From Guillardia theta CCMP2712 (lineage: Eukaryota; Protista; Cryptophyta): DNA of 64,000 nt. Made by a program: the position numbers and the translations under genes. Each line of letters opens with the position of its first letter. The stretch's first letter is position 1. Shown here one piece after another: positions 1-11,503 of the stretch. The stretch spans positions 60,510-124,509 of the forward strand of contig NW_005434598.1 in the NCBI RefSeq assembly GCF_000315625.1, in the 5' to 3' direction. The notes under the pieces were generated by a model, which saw only the letters and a list, made by a program, of their open reading frames with translations, made no database searches and was not told where the DNA came from.

Positions 1-309
1 AGCTAGATCCGTCGAGAGGAGCCTGTAAAGTGGACAGGGAAGAGGAAGAGCATACAGTCCAGAGGAGGCGAACGGGATGAGGCTAACGTAGGTGAACACG
101 AGGATGCGCAGGCACACGAGTAGGACCAGGAGTAATAGTGTCAGTAGTAGTCGGTCCAGGATCAGGAAGATTAAGAGAAGAAGTAAAAGGACCTCCCAGG
201 GAGATATTATGATGGAGGTGAGTAATGATGTTCAACCTCCTGGTGATCCTGTCGGTCAGTGTCCAGGTCAGTCTCCTCGTTACTGAATCCCTCCCTCATC
301 CTAGTAAGT

Positions 310-363
<54 letters not shown>

Positions 364-413
364 TCCTGCTCGTGGTCGTGCTCCTGCTCCTGCTCCTGCT
401 CTTTTTTCTTCTT

Positions 414-445
<32 letters not shown>

Positions 446-738
446 TCTTCCTCTTTGTTTCTTGTTCTCCTACCTTCTACCCCACCTTCCTTCCTCTCTT
501 TTTCATAATTTTCGTTCAGCTCGAATAGGAACAGAATTTTCCATCGGCGGAGAATTCAGGTACTTGGATCCTGAAGTCTTTTCTCCCTTCCTTCTCTACC
601 TCCTCCTTTCCCTCCCCCCCTCCTCCTTCTCCTTCTCCTTCTCCTTCTCCTTCTCCTTCTCCTTCTCGTTCTCGTTCTCGTTCTCCTTCTCCCCCTGCTC
701 CTGCTCCTGCTCCTTCTCCTTCTCGTTCTCCTTCTCCC

Positions 739-771
<33 letters not shown>

Positions 772-1074
772 TTTGCTGCTCCTGCTCCTCCTTCTCGCCT
801 TTCTCTTCTTGTCTGTTTCTTGTTCGTCTGACGTCCCAGCAGTCGACTTGAGTTCTATGGTAGAGGGCCGCATGAGACATACACAGACAGGTGAAGGGAA
901 GGAGGGAGGGAGGAAGAGAGGAGAGGAGAGTGTGAAGCAAAGCGGGGGAGAGAGCAGGAGGAGGAGGAGAAGGAGGTGGTGGAGGAGGAGCAAGGTGATT
1001 GAGGATTTGGAGCAGATGCTCTGGGGGAAAGATCGCAAGACATTCCATGTCGGTGGCAGACACTTATGTGATAT

Positions 1075-1162
<88 letters not shown>

Positions 1163-1169
1163 TCTCCTT

Positions 1170-1206
<37 letters not shown>

Positions 1207-1471
1207 CGATCCCTCTTCTCTTCTACTTCCCTCCCACTCATTGTATCCTTCGTTCCCTTCCTCTCTCTCTCACCGTTATTCTCTCCTTCTCGTCCTGTTC
1301 CTCCTCACTCGTCGTCAGGTGCCCTACATACTGCCCTGCGAAAATGGAAATCATTGCGATGTAAGAATCCTCCTCCCTGGTCCTGGTCCTGGTCCTGCCC
1401 CTGCTCCTACTCTTCGTCCTGCTCCTGCTCTTTGTCCTGCTCCTGCTCCTGCTCCTGCTCCTGCACCTGCT

Positions 1472-1509
<38 letters not shown>

Positions 1510-2836
1510 TCCTACTCTTGCTCCTGCACCTGCTCCTGCTCCTGCTTCTCCTGCTTCTGCTCTCTACCACCACTTCACGACGTCATTCACTGTCTCCTCT
1601 NNNNNNNNNNNNNNNNNNNNNNNNNNNNNNNNNNNNNNNNNNNNNNNNNNNNNNNNNNNNNNNNNNNNNNNNNNNNNNNNNNNNNNNNNNNNNNNNNNNN
1701 NNNNNNNNNNNNNNNNNNNNNNNNNNNNNNNNNNNNNNNNNNNNNNNNNNNNNNNNNNNNNNNNNNNNNNNNNNNNNNNNNNNNNNNNNNNNNNNNNNNN
1801 NNNNNNNNNNNNNNNNNNNNNNNNNNNNNNNNNNNNNNNNNNNNNNNNNNNNNNNNNNNNNNNNNNNNNNNNNNNNNNNNNNNNNNNNNNNNNNNNNNNN
1901 NNNNNNNNNNNNNNNNNNNNNNNNNNNNNNNNNNNNNNNNNNNNNNNNNNNNNNNNNNNNNNNNNNNNNNNNNNNNNNNNNNNNNNNNNNNNNNNNNNNN
2001 NNNNNNNNNNNNNNNNNNNNNNNNNNNNNNNNNNNNNNNNNNNNNNNNNNNNNNNNNNNNNNNNNNNNNNNNNNNNNNNNNNNNNNNNNNNNNNNNNNNN
2101 NNNNNNNNNNNNNNNNNNNNNNNNNNNNNNNNNNNNNNNNNNNNNNNNNNNNNNNNNNNNNNNNNNNNNNNNNNNNNNNNNNNNNNNNNNNNNNNNNNNN
2201 NNNNNNNNNNNNNNNNNNNNNNNNNNNNNNNNNNNNNNNNNNNNNNNNNNNNNNNNNNNNNNNNNNNNNNNNNNNNNNNNNNNNNNNNNNNNNNNNNNNN
2301 NNNNNNNNNNNNNNNNNNNNNNNNNNNNNNNNNNNNNNNNNNNNNNNNNNNNNNNNNNNNNNNNNNNNNNNNNNNNNNNNNNNNNNNNNNNNNNNNNNNN
2401 NNNNNNNNNNNNNNNNNNNNNNNNNNNNNNNNNNNNNNNNNNNNNNNNNNNNNNNNNNNNNNNNNNNNNNNNNNNNNNNNNNNNNNNNNNNNNNNNNNNN
2501 NNNNNNAATCTCCCTCCTTCGCGCCCTCCCACTCCCTCCCTCCCTCCCTCGCTCTCTCCCTCCCTCCCTCCCTCCCCACTTGCTTCCTCCTCCCTCCTTT
2601 TCTCCTCTGTCTCTCCTGCTCCCTGCTCCCTTCCTCTCTCCTCCCTCCCCTCTCCCCTCTCCTCTCTGCTCTCTTCCTCCCCCATACCCTCTGCTCTCCT
2701 CCATGCTCCAGCGCTCTTCATGGCCTACGTCCCTGTAGGTCTTGCCGAGTACATTGTCTTCTTTGGCTCACTTGCGGTGAGGGCGATCAGCAAGAGGCAG
2801 CTGCTAACCTGGCTAGCAGAAGGAGAATCGAACGTA

Positions 2837-2870
<34 letters not shown>

Positions 2871-2938
2871 CTCGTCCTCCTCGTTGTGCTCTTAGCAGTC
2901 TACCTGAGTTGAGACGTTGCCGTGTGAAAGTGTTTTGA
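1..2938 (+). CDS. Glycoside hydrolase family 2 (LacZ-type) beta-galactosidase, 3' portion; multi-exon, starts upstream of the window and is interrupted by a gap
   Basis: Small exons near 520-559, 842-890, 1015-1067 and 1319-1360 splice to roughly ARIGTEFSIGGEF-SRLEFYGRGPHETYTDR-CSGGKIARHSMSVADTY-VPYILPCENGNHCD. This matches the beta-galactosidase small-chain signature (RIG...YGRGPxExYxDR...PYIxPxENG). Exons after the gap (2739-2833, ~2895-2938) are tentatively the C-terminus. Confidence 0.75.
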
Positions 2939-3189
2939 TAGGAGGGGGGGGGGGAGGGAGGGAGGGAGGAGGCGAAGGAGTGGGGGCAGCGAAGGCAGCG
3001 AGAGGGGTAGGTAGGAAGGGAGGATCCATGCAAGACTGTAAAACACTTGTCGCATTGTCTTATCAGTACATTGTTCTTGCTTCAGATTGTTGTCCTCCTT
3101 CCAGTTTCTCACATCAAGAGGACAAACAAGTCTCTTTTGATGGACACGTTATTGTTACTCAAATGTTATTCAAATGTCAACCAGGTTGA

Positions 3190-4500
3190 CAAACAAAGAG
3201 CAGTCTGCCCAAACGGTCTTTAATCCAAAGTTCGCAGCTAACCTCTGGCAAAACTTCCAACTCACTCACTGCTCCTAAGACATGAGAACTAGTGCCATCA
3301 AGCTTCACGCAGAATCGCTATGAGACGTTCTCGTGGCTCCTGCTCCTCAATCTTCAAACATGCTGAGAACTACAACAAAAAATCATCAGTCGGGTCAGCG
3401 CGACTTGACATAGTTGTAGAGATCAACGTGTAGTTGCAGGATGAGGCGAAGTCGATGACAGAAAGCAACAGGAGGGAGTGAAAGAAGAAAGCAGGAGGAC
3501 CGTTGATCCTTACGAGGGAAGGAGGAGCAAGAGGAGAAGACAACAACTTACAACAGAGTGCTTCTTAGTATCCGCACTTGCAACTCTCATCTCGTTTGGG
3601 TTGCTTGCAACCTCCATGATGATGTTGATAACCTGCAACAGAAGTCAATCAAGTCAATTTCACATCAATAACATGCGCTACATCGTTCGTCTCGTCCTTT
3701 CCTCCGGGAGTGTGGGTAATAGAAATCAACCTCAACCTGTGCAAACACGGTCATTCCGTTTCAACATCACTGCACAGTCCTCACGGGGAAGAGATGAAAG
3801 CGAGGTCGCTGCCTTGCTCGAACAGATGTAACACTGATCGCTCGTCCACTGCGACCATACAGAGCGTCCACTTCCCATCCTCTGGCTCTTGCGTCTCATC
3901 AACGGACCTCAGTTGTACCTCAGCATCGTGGAAGAACCTCGACTGCTGCCTGAGCCCGTCGGCAGTCAGCTGGTTGTCATTTCGATGCTCCTCCCCCGTG
4001 CTAGTTCCGATCAGTCCGTGCAGCATCGTCGAAAGGATCGCTCCCCTTGCTCCGCGCTGGTGCGGGATGCTTTTACGAGGGTAGATGTGCGCAGGGGAAG
4101 AAGCCGATCTCATCCTCATGTCACGGATCTCCATCTCTCCCTCATTGCTGTCAACTGCAGCCTTAGGGCTCGATGGACCTATGAAAGCTCTCCATAGCAA
4201 GTTGCTTCGCATCCCTCGTTGGTATGACAGCTTTTTCCCTGCCTTTGACTTCGACGGATTTAGCAAGTCGAAAGCCTCTCTCTGCGCCCTCAAACCATCG
4301 TCCATATGGGGATCTTTAGATTGTCTCCCATCCGAAGCCAACATGCTTGAGAATGCTGAGACTAACAGTTCACCTCGATTGAGCCTTTGCACTTTGTTGG
4401 GACGGAAATATTTTCCTGTGCTCTTTCGATGTTGAATGCTATCCATTTTGCACGTTTCGTATCCTTGCTGTCTTTGCGTTTACTAATCTTCAGTTCAGCC
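3190..4500 (-). CDS. Hypothetical protein, multi-exon
   Basis: Non-repetitive 221-aa ORF at 3781-4446 with further coding-like segments downstream; no family recognised; ends approximate. Confidence 0.4.
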
Positions 4501-4789
4501 TGCTGATGTAGATCTGTAGACAATCACAACAAGTCAATTAGAAATGGTCTTTACACATCTCTATCCGCTCTCCATCTTGTCCTTGCTCATCTTATCCTTG
4601 CGCCTTCTCACAATTCTATCCTCCTCCCAATCTCTCCTCTCCTCTCCTCTCCCCTACTCTCTTCTCCCCTACTCTCCTCTCCCAAACTCTCCTCTCCTCT
4701 CCTCTCCTCTCCTCTCCTCTCCTCTCCCCTACTCTCTTCACCACACTCTTCATCGCTGCTTTGTTCTTGTCTTCGGTTTTACTCTATAA

Positions 4790-5560
4790 TAAATGTCCCA
4801 CAACCCCTACCCCCTGATCTCTTCATCTGCACGCCCTTCCTCACCCCCCAAATACCCTTCACCTACCCCCTCATTAACAGGGTCTACTACCCGTAGTTGC
4901 TCCGAAGATGACATGACCCCAGGCTTCTGAGTCTCCGACCCCACCCTACCATACAAGGTGAGTTTACTTAGCCACCCCTCCTACCGTACCTGTCCCCTTC
5001 ATGCCACACAATTGTCATAACCGAGGTCATAGCTTCCTAGTTCCTCCCTAGAGGCCCTCTTACGGCTACTTTTCAGTACCCACCCCTATTCATCAGCAGA
5101 CATCTTGACCTGAAAGTTCCGGCCCCATGTACCCCCCCCCCGTGCTCAACAATAACCCCCTACCCCCAGAGCTGCCCCGGAGGAACATCCCCCTGTATAC
5201 AAATCAGTGAACCCTTATGTTCCTCCACCCTCTGGTGGTCCTAGAGCAGTGTCAGTAGTGACGGAGTGGCATGGTAGGATCCACCCCTCCCTGCTATGCT
5301 GATAACCCCTACCCCGCGGCCTGGCCTGAAGACCCCCAGAACGGACCACCCCCCTATTGTCGGCGACGGTTCTCGTTCCCACACTCCGCCGTAAAGTCAG
5401 TCAAACTCGGTCGATCACCCACCCTACCCCTCTGAGCTCCGGCCGAGGCTGTGGAACCATCCATTTCATTATGAAACAGTAGGGGTACCAGGACCCTTTT
5501 CTACCACCCCCCTCGCCGATCTAATACAATAGTGTGGCCCACTGGTAGTCCGTATCTCAT
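4790..5560 (-). promoter_or_regulatory. ACCCTACCC/TACCCC motif cluster (GGGTAGGGT on the minus strand)
   Basis: Repeated ccctaccc, accccaccctacc and taccccc motifs in otherwise unique non-coding DNA upstream of the minus-strand gene. Regulatory function is inferred. Confidence 0.45.
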
Positions 5561-5739
5561 GAAATTCTACAACATTTTTAATATGAGCGGTTGCCTTCTT
5601 GAGGCCCACCGTATCAGCATCCCCTGTCTCTTTGGGATGAAGGGTCAGATAAAAGTAGTACAAATGTGAAAAAGCCTCGTTTCTCCTTATGATTGAATCC
5701 GAGAGTCATGACTCAAACAAAAATCAAGTTCCTTCCTGG

Positions 5740-6351
5740 AGAGTCCCGCAGCCGCGCCGGTGCCCGGGCCCGACTGGCCGGCGGCTGGCGAACTTCCGAA
5801 CTCCTGCCAGGGCGGCGGCCTGCGGCAGCGGCGGCGGCGGCGGCCGCCGCCGCCGCCATGCGATCATCAGTGACTACGGTAGCACCGTTGAATCATCTGA
5901 TCGTGACGCACTGCGGCACGGGACTCGGGCGCTGACTGTGAGTCGGGAGGTGGTCGTCCGGTACCGTACGGTATGAGTCACGTGACCCGTGACCGTGACG
6001 GTACGCCGGGTGACCGTACTCCGTAGTCACGGGGGGGCCGACTCGAATCGGCCCGAGTCGGGGGCCCGGGGGCCGCCAGTGCACGACTGAGTCCGGGCCA
6101 CTGCCCGGCCGCTTCGGGAGTCCGAACTTGCCCCGGGCCGGGCCGTTGGAACCGCGCGGCCGGAACGCCGATCGGACGGGCGGCGGCCGGGCCCGGCCCT
6201 GGCCGCGCTGAGCGGCAGCGGCTGGTGGCAGGCTTCCGGGGCTGGCGGCTGCCCGGGCCGGCTCGCCGGACTCCGGGACTTTCCGACCGGGTGACCGCCG
6301 CCGCGCTTGGCTTCGACTCAGTCCGCCGGGCCCGGCCCCGGCGGTGCCGGG
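5740..6351. other. GC-rich CCGG/palindrome island; continues at 7808-7865 on the other side of the LTR element
   Basis: Dense CCGG, CCCGGG, GGGCCC, GGCCGG, CGTACG, GGTACC and TGAGTC/GACTC words, unlike the flanking DNA. Confidence 0.6.
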
Positions 6352-6650
6352 TGATGGAACGTATGCCAGCCGTGTCAGTCAGATAGCGCCGAGTTAACAA
6401 AAACTCTCCTGTAAACCAAGACGACTTACGTCAGTGTTTGCGGGGCGGCGGCATGTAGTACAGGATGAAGAGGGGACTTTGCTTGGGTTTCACATCCTAG
6501 CATACAGTCTATCTCTCATGTGCTCCTCAATTCTGGTTTTGTGTGCATTAAACTCGGTCTTGAGCAAAAACTGTCTTGTTACAACTAAGGTCGATGTGAT
6601 ATCTGCGTGACTTTGGACTAGTACAAGTCTAACAAACTTGTATTCCGTCG
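6352..6650 (+). repeat. 5' LTR
   Basis: Begins TGATGGAACGTATGCCAGCCG and ends AAACTTGTATTCCGTCG; matches 7472-7807. Confidence 0.85.
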
Positions 6651-7471
6651 CCGCCGTTATGAGCCCCGATTACATGCTCAATCATGTTGATCAGCTTTAC
6701 ACATTCGGATGACTCCTCTCTTCAATCAGGCTCTCTTTCTAGCCGCAAGTTGTTTAGGCCTCTCATCTCAGCCTCAATTTGTTTGATTGATCTTCGAATT
6801 GGAAAAACAAGCCTTTCCCCAGCCAGATTTGGTCGGTCGAATATCTGCTTAACCGTGTGGAAACGCACTTGAAGCTGATTCGATTTTAATCTTCTTGATC
6901 TTTGAGTAGGATCAAATGGAACTACCAGGAGATCTGGCGGAAGTTTTCACTGCGCAGAGTCATGTCATGGAGCTAGGCTGTGGCGCGGCATGGCATAACT
7001 GGAGCTACTTCTGGATCGGCGAACAAGGTACTACTGCACAACAATCTTCAGATGCCTTGAAACGGATGTTCCAATCTCGCGGCAGCAATCTCTGGTCACA
7101 AGTTCTTTACGGTTCAAAATTTATCTTTTGGTCTTCAAATGCCGGCGGGCACGCTCTCTCTCTCTCTCTCTCTCTGTTATCTGAACTCCAAAGTTCTCTC
7201 CTCAGACTCTCTTATCTTATCCTCCTTCTCTCGTCATTGCATCAGCTCGCCAGGCATCTCCCTTATCTCTGCACTGCACATCTAATAGCCCTGCATGAAA
7301 ATCTTCTTCAGAATGGACAATCGGGGGCCTTGAATGGTTAATGATTGCCCACTCAGCATGACTGTGAACTTGACGTTGTATCGTCGTATCTTGACTTGGA
7401 TCTGCTGACATTCTTGTTTGCGTGACTTTCTGACGTCCGATGTAACGTACTATTTCAGAAACTCGGGGGGA

Positions 7472-7807
7472 GGATGGAACGTATGCCAGCCGTGCCAGTC
7501 AGATAGCGCCGAGTTAACAAAAACTCTCCTGTAAACCAAGACGACTTACGTGTTTGCGAGGCGGCCAATGTAGCGTGTGTGGACGAAGAGGGGGCTTTCC
7601 TAGCCGTCTTGCTAAGGTCCTCTCATGTCTGGATGCTTGTGTTTCACATCCTAGCATACATTCTATAGTATCTCTTGTGCTCCTCAATTCTGGATTTGTG
7701 TGCATTAAACTCGGTCTTGAGCAAAAACTGTCTTGTTACAACTAAGGTCGATGTGATATCTGCGTGACTTTGGACTAGTACAAGTCTAACAAACTTGTAT
7801 TCCGTCA
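7472..7807 (+). repeat. 3' LTR
   Basis: Begins GGATGGAACGTATGCCAGCCG and ends AAACTTGTATTCCGTCA; carries an internal segment (CCTAGCCGTCTTGCTAAGGTCC...) absent from the 5' LTR. Confidence 0.85.
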
Positions 7808-7919
7808 CCGGGTCCGACGGAACGGTCACCCGGTGGCCGGGCAGGAGGCAGTGCCGGGCCCCGTCATTTTGACTCACGGCGCTGAGGTGCAACAGTGACG
7901 GCAGAAATGGAGGGCTCAT

Positions 7920-8415
7920 GTGGTAGGGTGGGGTCATTATTTATGGGGTGTAAGAAGGTGGTGGTGATTGAATGTAGGGGTACTTTGATTCAAGGGTATT
8001 CATGAACCGGTACCGCATACTGGTAAAAATGGAGTCACCAATGACACGGAATGACTTACCTGGGGTCCAACAAAAAGGGTGGGGTTCATAGATCCAACCG
8101 TCAATTATACAGGGTGGTTGTTGCTCATATGGCTAAAATTATGGCGGTAGGGGTGATATCAACCCTCTTTGTATGTGGGGTACTTTTCCCATGACATGTA
8201 TGGGTAGGGGTGGATGAAACAGGGGTGGTCTAACTCACAGTGATGGCCTGACAAAACAGAAAGGTAGGGTGGTCAACAATAAATTCTATGGGTAGGGTAC
8301 TTGAATAGACAAGGTAGGGTACTTGGAAGTATTCTGTAGGGTAAAGAAATATTCATTTGTGGGTAGGGGTGGTGATCAAAAAGCAAAAGAGGTAGGGGTT
8401 AGTGTGAAGGGGTGC
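7920..8415 (+). promoter_or_regulatory. GGGTAGGGT motif cluster upstream of the bZIP gene
   Basis: ggtagggt/gggtagggg/ggggtac motifs recur mostly every 20-30 bp between 8175 and 8410. Confidence 0.45.
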
Positions 8416-9269
8416 GATAAGGCGGGAGAGTTTGTCTTGAGAGAATGCACAGCAGAGGCGGAAACAGACTGAGAGGAGCAGGAGCAGGAGGAGGAGGAGG
8501 AGGGAAAGAGAAGGGAGGAAGGATAAAGATAGTGAGAATAGAAGAGGGAGGGAGAGAGAGAGCTGGAGCAGAGGAAGGGAAGGAGAGGAAGAGGAGATGA
8601 GGTGAAGGAGAGGAGGAGACGAAGGCGAGGTTTTGCAGGGGATATCAGAGGGAGTATACAACATGAGGGCGTTGAGGTTGACGTGTGATAGTGTGGAGTT
8701 ATCGACGGCAGGAGATATGAGGAAGGGTAGGGGATGCATCAATTTAATCAACTACAGGGAGGGGATCCTCTGGACAGACGAATCACAGAGGGCAGTAAGG
8801 ATCACAAGGACGGACGGGGAGTAGGGAACAACCGAACACTTGCGATGAGCTGAGAGTGTAGCGCAAATCAGAATGTGATGAATGGTTTATGAAAAACATA
8901 CGTGCAGTTATGAAATGGTTGGTGTTGGGTGTGAAAGGAGGAGCGGAGAGAGAGAGATCGAGATGTACTCGGTGTAGTGGTGTTGAATGCAGTCAGCTAT
9001 AGAGAGCAACACAGAACGTAGTATTAAGAGACACATTCCCGCTTATGTTGGTCTTGCACATTGGGAGTATTGCCAATCTCAATCAAGAATCATCAAATGA
9101 TCTTTTTGGCCGATAACCTCTCCGCACTGCCGTGTTTGTTCTCATGTTGACGAATGTCATGAATGGTACCCGCCTCTTGTGTGACCCTGATCAGCAGATC
9201 AGCCACTCCTGCTCGTTTGGGCTAAGAAATTTCCATTCTTTCACGGCCCGGGACTGCGACCACATCGAG

Positions 9270-10059
9270 ATGGCGCGTCCCGGGTCCGTGGCTCCCCCCC
9301 CCACCCTCAACGATGCAAACAAGGTACGAGCAGAGCGTCGGGAAGTGGGATGGACTGCGCTGACGAGGTTGCAAAACCCTCCTCCAGGTTGTTGAAGGTC
9401 AAAGTCTGAGAAACCTCAGCAATGGTCCAAGGAGCGGGCCCGCCCGCAAGAAGCTGACGGCACAGTTCAAGTCGCGTGACGAGGATTGCGGAAACAGTGG
9501 GTCGGCATGTGACAAGACAGACTCGGATTCTTCAATCTCCGAGGAAGTTCACAGTGAGACGGACATGCCAAGAGGTAACATCTGCGAAGAAGAAGCCGTG
9601 TCTTCTCTTGCAGCCATGATTGCTGCGAATGATGATTCCAAGAATCGCAAGCGATCGTCCCTGTCGGCAAGAAACGTGCACATCAGCTCCGGCTCCACAT
9701 CGCCAGTGAATGGAGATGGTGGAGCAGACCCAACTGTCCTCAAGAAGCAGCGAAGGCGCGAGAAGAACAGAGCCTCGGCGCAGCAGTCGAGGCAGCGGAA
9801 GAAGATTCACCTTGAGTCTTTGGAAGTTCGCGTCGATGCACTGGAGGGCGAGAAGAAGTCGCTTCTCTGGCGGCTCGAGTCCCTCAACGCTGAGAACGCT
9901 GCTCTCAAGGCCAAGCTGCAGTCGCTGGTGAACAAGAAGGAGGCAAGTGAAGCTGACGACGAGGACCGAGAAGCGGCAGAGAAGCTCAACGCGCTTGCCG
10001 AGACTGCTCATGAGATTATCCAGCAACAGAAGAGTGGCGGGTCGTCCGGGAATGAGTGA
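9270..10059 (+). CDS. bZIP transcription factor (~241 aa, 2 exons)
   Basis: Exon 9270-9323, GT-AG intron 9324-9387, exon 9388-10059 in frame. Basic region KKQRRREKNRASAQQSRQRKK is followed by a leucine heptad (LESLEVRVDALEGEKKSLLWRLESLNAENAALKAKLQSL). Confidence 0.9.
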
Positions 10060-10540
10060 TTGAATCAGGTGGGAGAGAACCCGCAAGTAATTTCTCTGTT
10101 GTTGTCCCTCCCATCTCCTTCATTTCCATCCTCAGCCTGTCACCTTCCGACAGCCTCGAGGGCGAGATGGATTTCGGGGCTGGACCGGTGGAAGAGAAAA
10201 CGGAGAGATGCAACTTTCTGTTTCTTCTTGGCTGAGAATGTTTTCGACCCGCTATTACCAAATCTTGTTTTAATAAGTTTGGAGTCTGTCTTTCACTCCT
10301 CTCTCCGTCTCGACCTCTCGTTGAATTTCTACGAAGCAGCTTCACCGCGAGCTTCCTCGTCTTCGTAATCTGGTTCACATCATCTACCATCATGAAGGAC
10401 TTGGTCTCGCGTGAAGGAGTTCAGCTGAGGACAAGGTCACAGGAGTATCGACAGACATCCGTCACTCACTCCTCCTTGTCCTCGTTCTGCTCCTTGTGTC
10501 CTGAAGCCTTGGAAGCAGCTGCCGCGCTTGAGGAAGGCTT

Positions 10541-11503
10541 CAAACATACTTGATAACCTGCACGTATTGTTTACCCTCCTCACTTTCTTCTCTCTCAATC
10601 CTCCCTCTTCGCCCCCCGCCCCTCCCAGCCCCCGCACAAATTCTCAACAGGCTCACCTTTCAGATCTACATAGTAGGTTGCATAGAAACTCAGCAAGCAC
10701 CTGCGATGGAGCATAAGCATGCGACTTCACAGCCAAAGAAGTGCTGACATGATGGCACCGTACTGGTTGAGAGCTACGACAGTGACTCTGCTGCCCTTAA
10801 TGATTCTTGGGTACCTGCACGCCAGTCACGGAACGGAACAAAAATGGCGGAGAGCAGATGCATGAGAAGCATACATGAACAAGAGGAGAGGGCTTGCAAT
10901 GAAGAAGAATGACAAGAATGTAGTCAATGCCTTGACTCTCATGGATGTATCAGAAACAACAGGATCCTTCCTTGACTTGTACTGGAGCAGCATGACAGTC
11001 ATGGAGACAGCATGGACCAAAGAGCTGAGAAAGAAGATGTTGGCCGCCCAAGAGTGAATGTTAGACTGCGTCGTCATCTTCCTCTCGGCTCGTGGTAGAG
11101 CAAGAACGTCCATGATGTTTGGTTGGAGTGGGACCACACTGGTGACGGCGAGGCCAAGAGCTGCAATGTTTGCTGCAGTGTGTGATATGAACGCCAGGTA
11201 ACCACTAACTCCAAGGCGCCATCGCACGATGATGGCTGTCAGAATCAAGAGGCTTGCAGTTGTACAGAGGCCACTTGCAAACACAAAGTATTCGAAACTT
11301 CCGGGCATGTATGCTGTCATGCTGATTGTTGGATAAGGTGGCTGTTTTCCTTGCGCAATATGTGAGAGGACTGGAACTAGGATGGAGCTGACACCCAGCA
11401 CAGCGGCCAGCAAGGGAACATGTTTCGCTTCCAACTGTCCCCTGGTCCTCGTCAATGGTTGCTCTTCAAAGTGACACATCAGTCCGTTAGAAACGCTCGA
11501 CAT
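10541..11503 (-). CDS. Frag1/DRAM/Sfk1 (TMEM150-like) multi-pass membrane protein
   Basis: ORF 10826-11503 has the PYPTISMT...PGSFEYFVF motif and several hydrophobic helices including HSWAANIFF. Further small exons lie downstream (YPRII...LNQYGAI). 3' end approximate. Confidence 0.7.

Larger units (their letters stand above)
6352..7807 (+). mobile_element. Non-autonomous (TRIM-like or internally deleted) Ty1/copia-type LTR retrotransposon
   Basis: Direct repeats at 6352-6650 and 7472-7807. Outer termini TGATGGAA...TTCCGTCA. 5-bp TSD CCGGG at 6347-6351 and 7808-7812. PBS-like GTTATGAGCCC at 6656-6666. PPT-like GGGGGGA just before the 3' LTR. The ~820-bp interior has no recognisable gag/pol. 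Confidence 0.85.

Noticed and set aside
225-2938. Long ORFs such as 773-2938, 1354-2895, 39882-41519 and 43104-44285, and poly-L, PA, CS, E or R ORFs throughout the window
   Set aside because: Artefacts of N runs and intronic microsatellites that lack stop codons.
5689-6400. Arg/Gly/Pro/Ala-rich ORFs in the CCGG islands (also 32326-33062, 34964-35306, 62924-63238)
   Set aside because: Open frames are expected at this GC content on both strands; no recognisable protein features.
6916-7341. 141-aa ORF inside the LTR element as gag or pol
   Set aside because: No zinc knuckle, protease, integrase, RT or RNase H motif recognised; it runs through a CT microsatellite.
7920-8415. GGGTAGGG tracts as true telomeric arrays
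   Set aside because: Motifs are degenerate, separated by unique spacers and internal to a gene-rich region.
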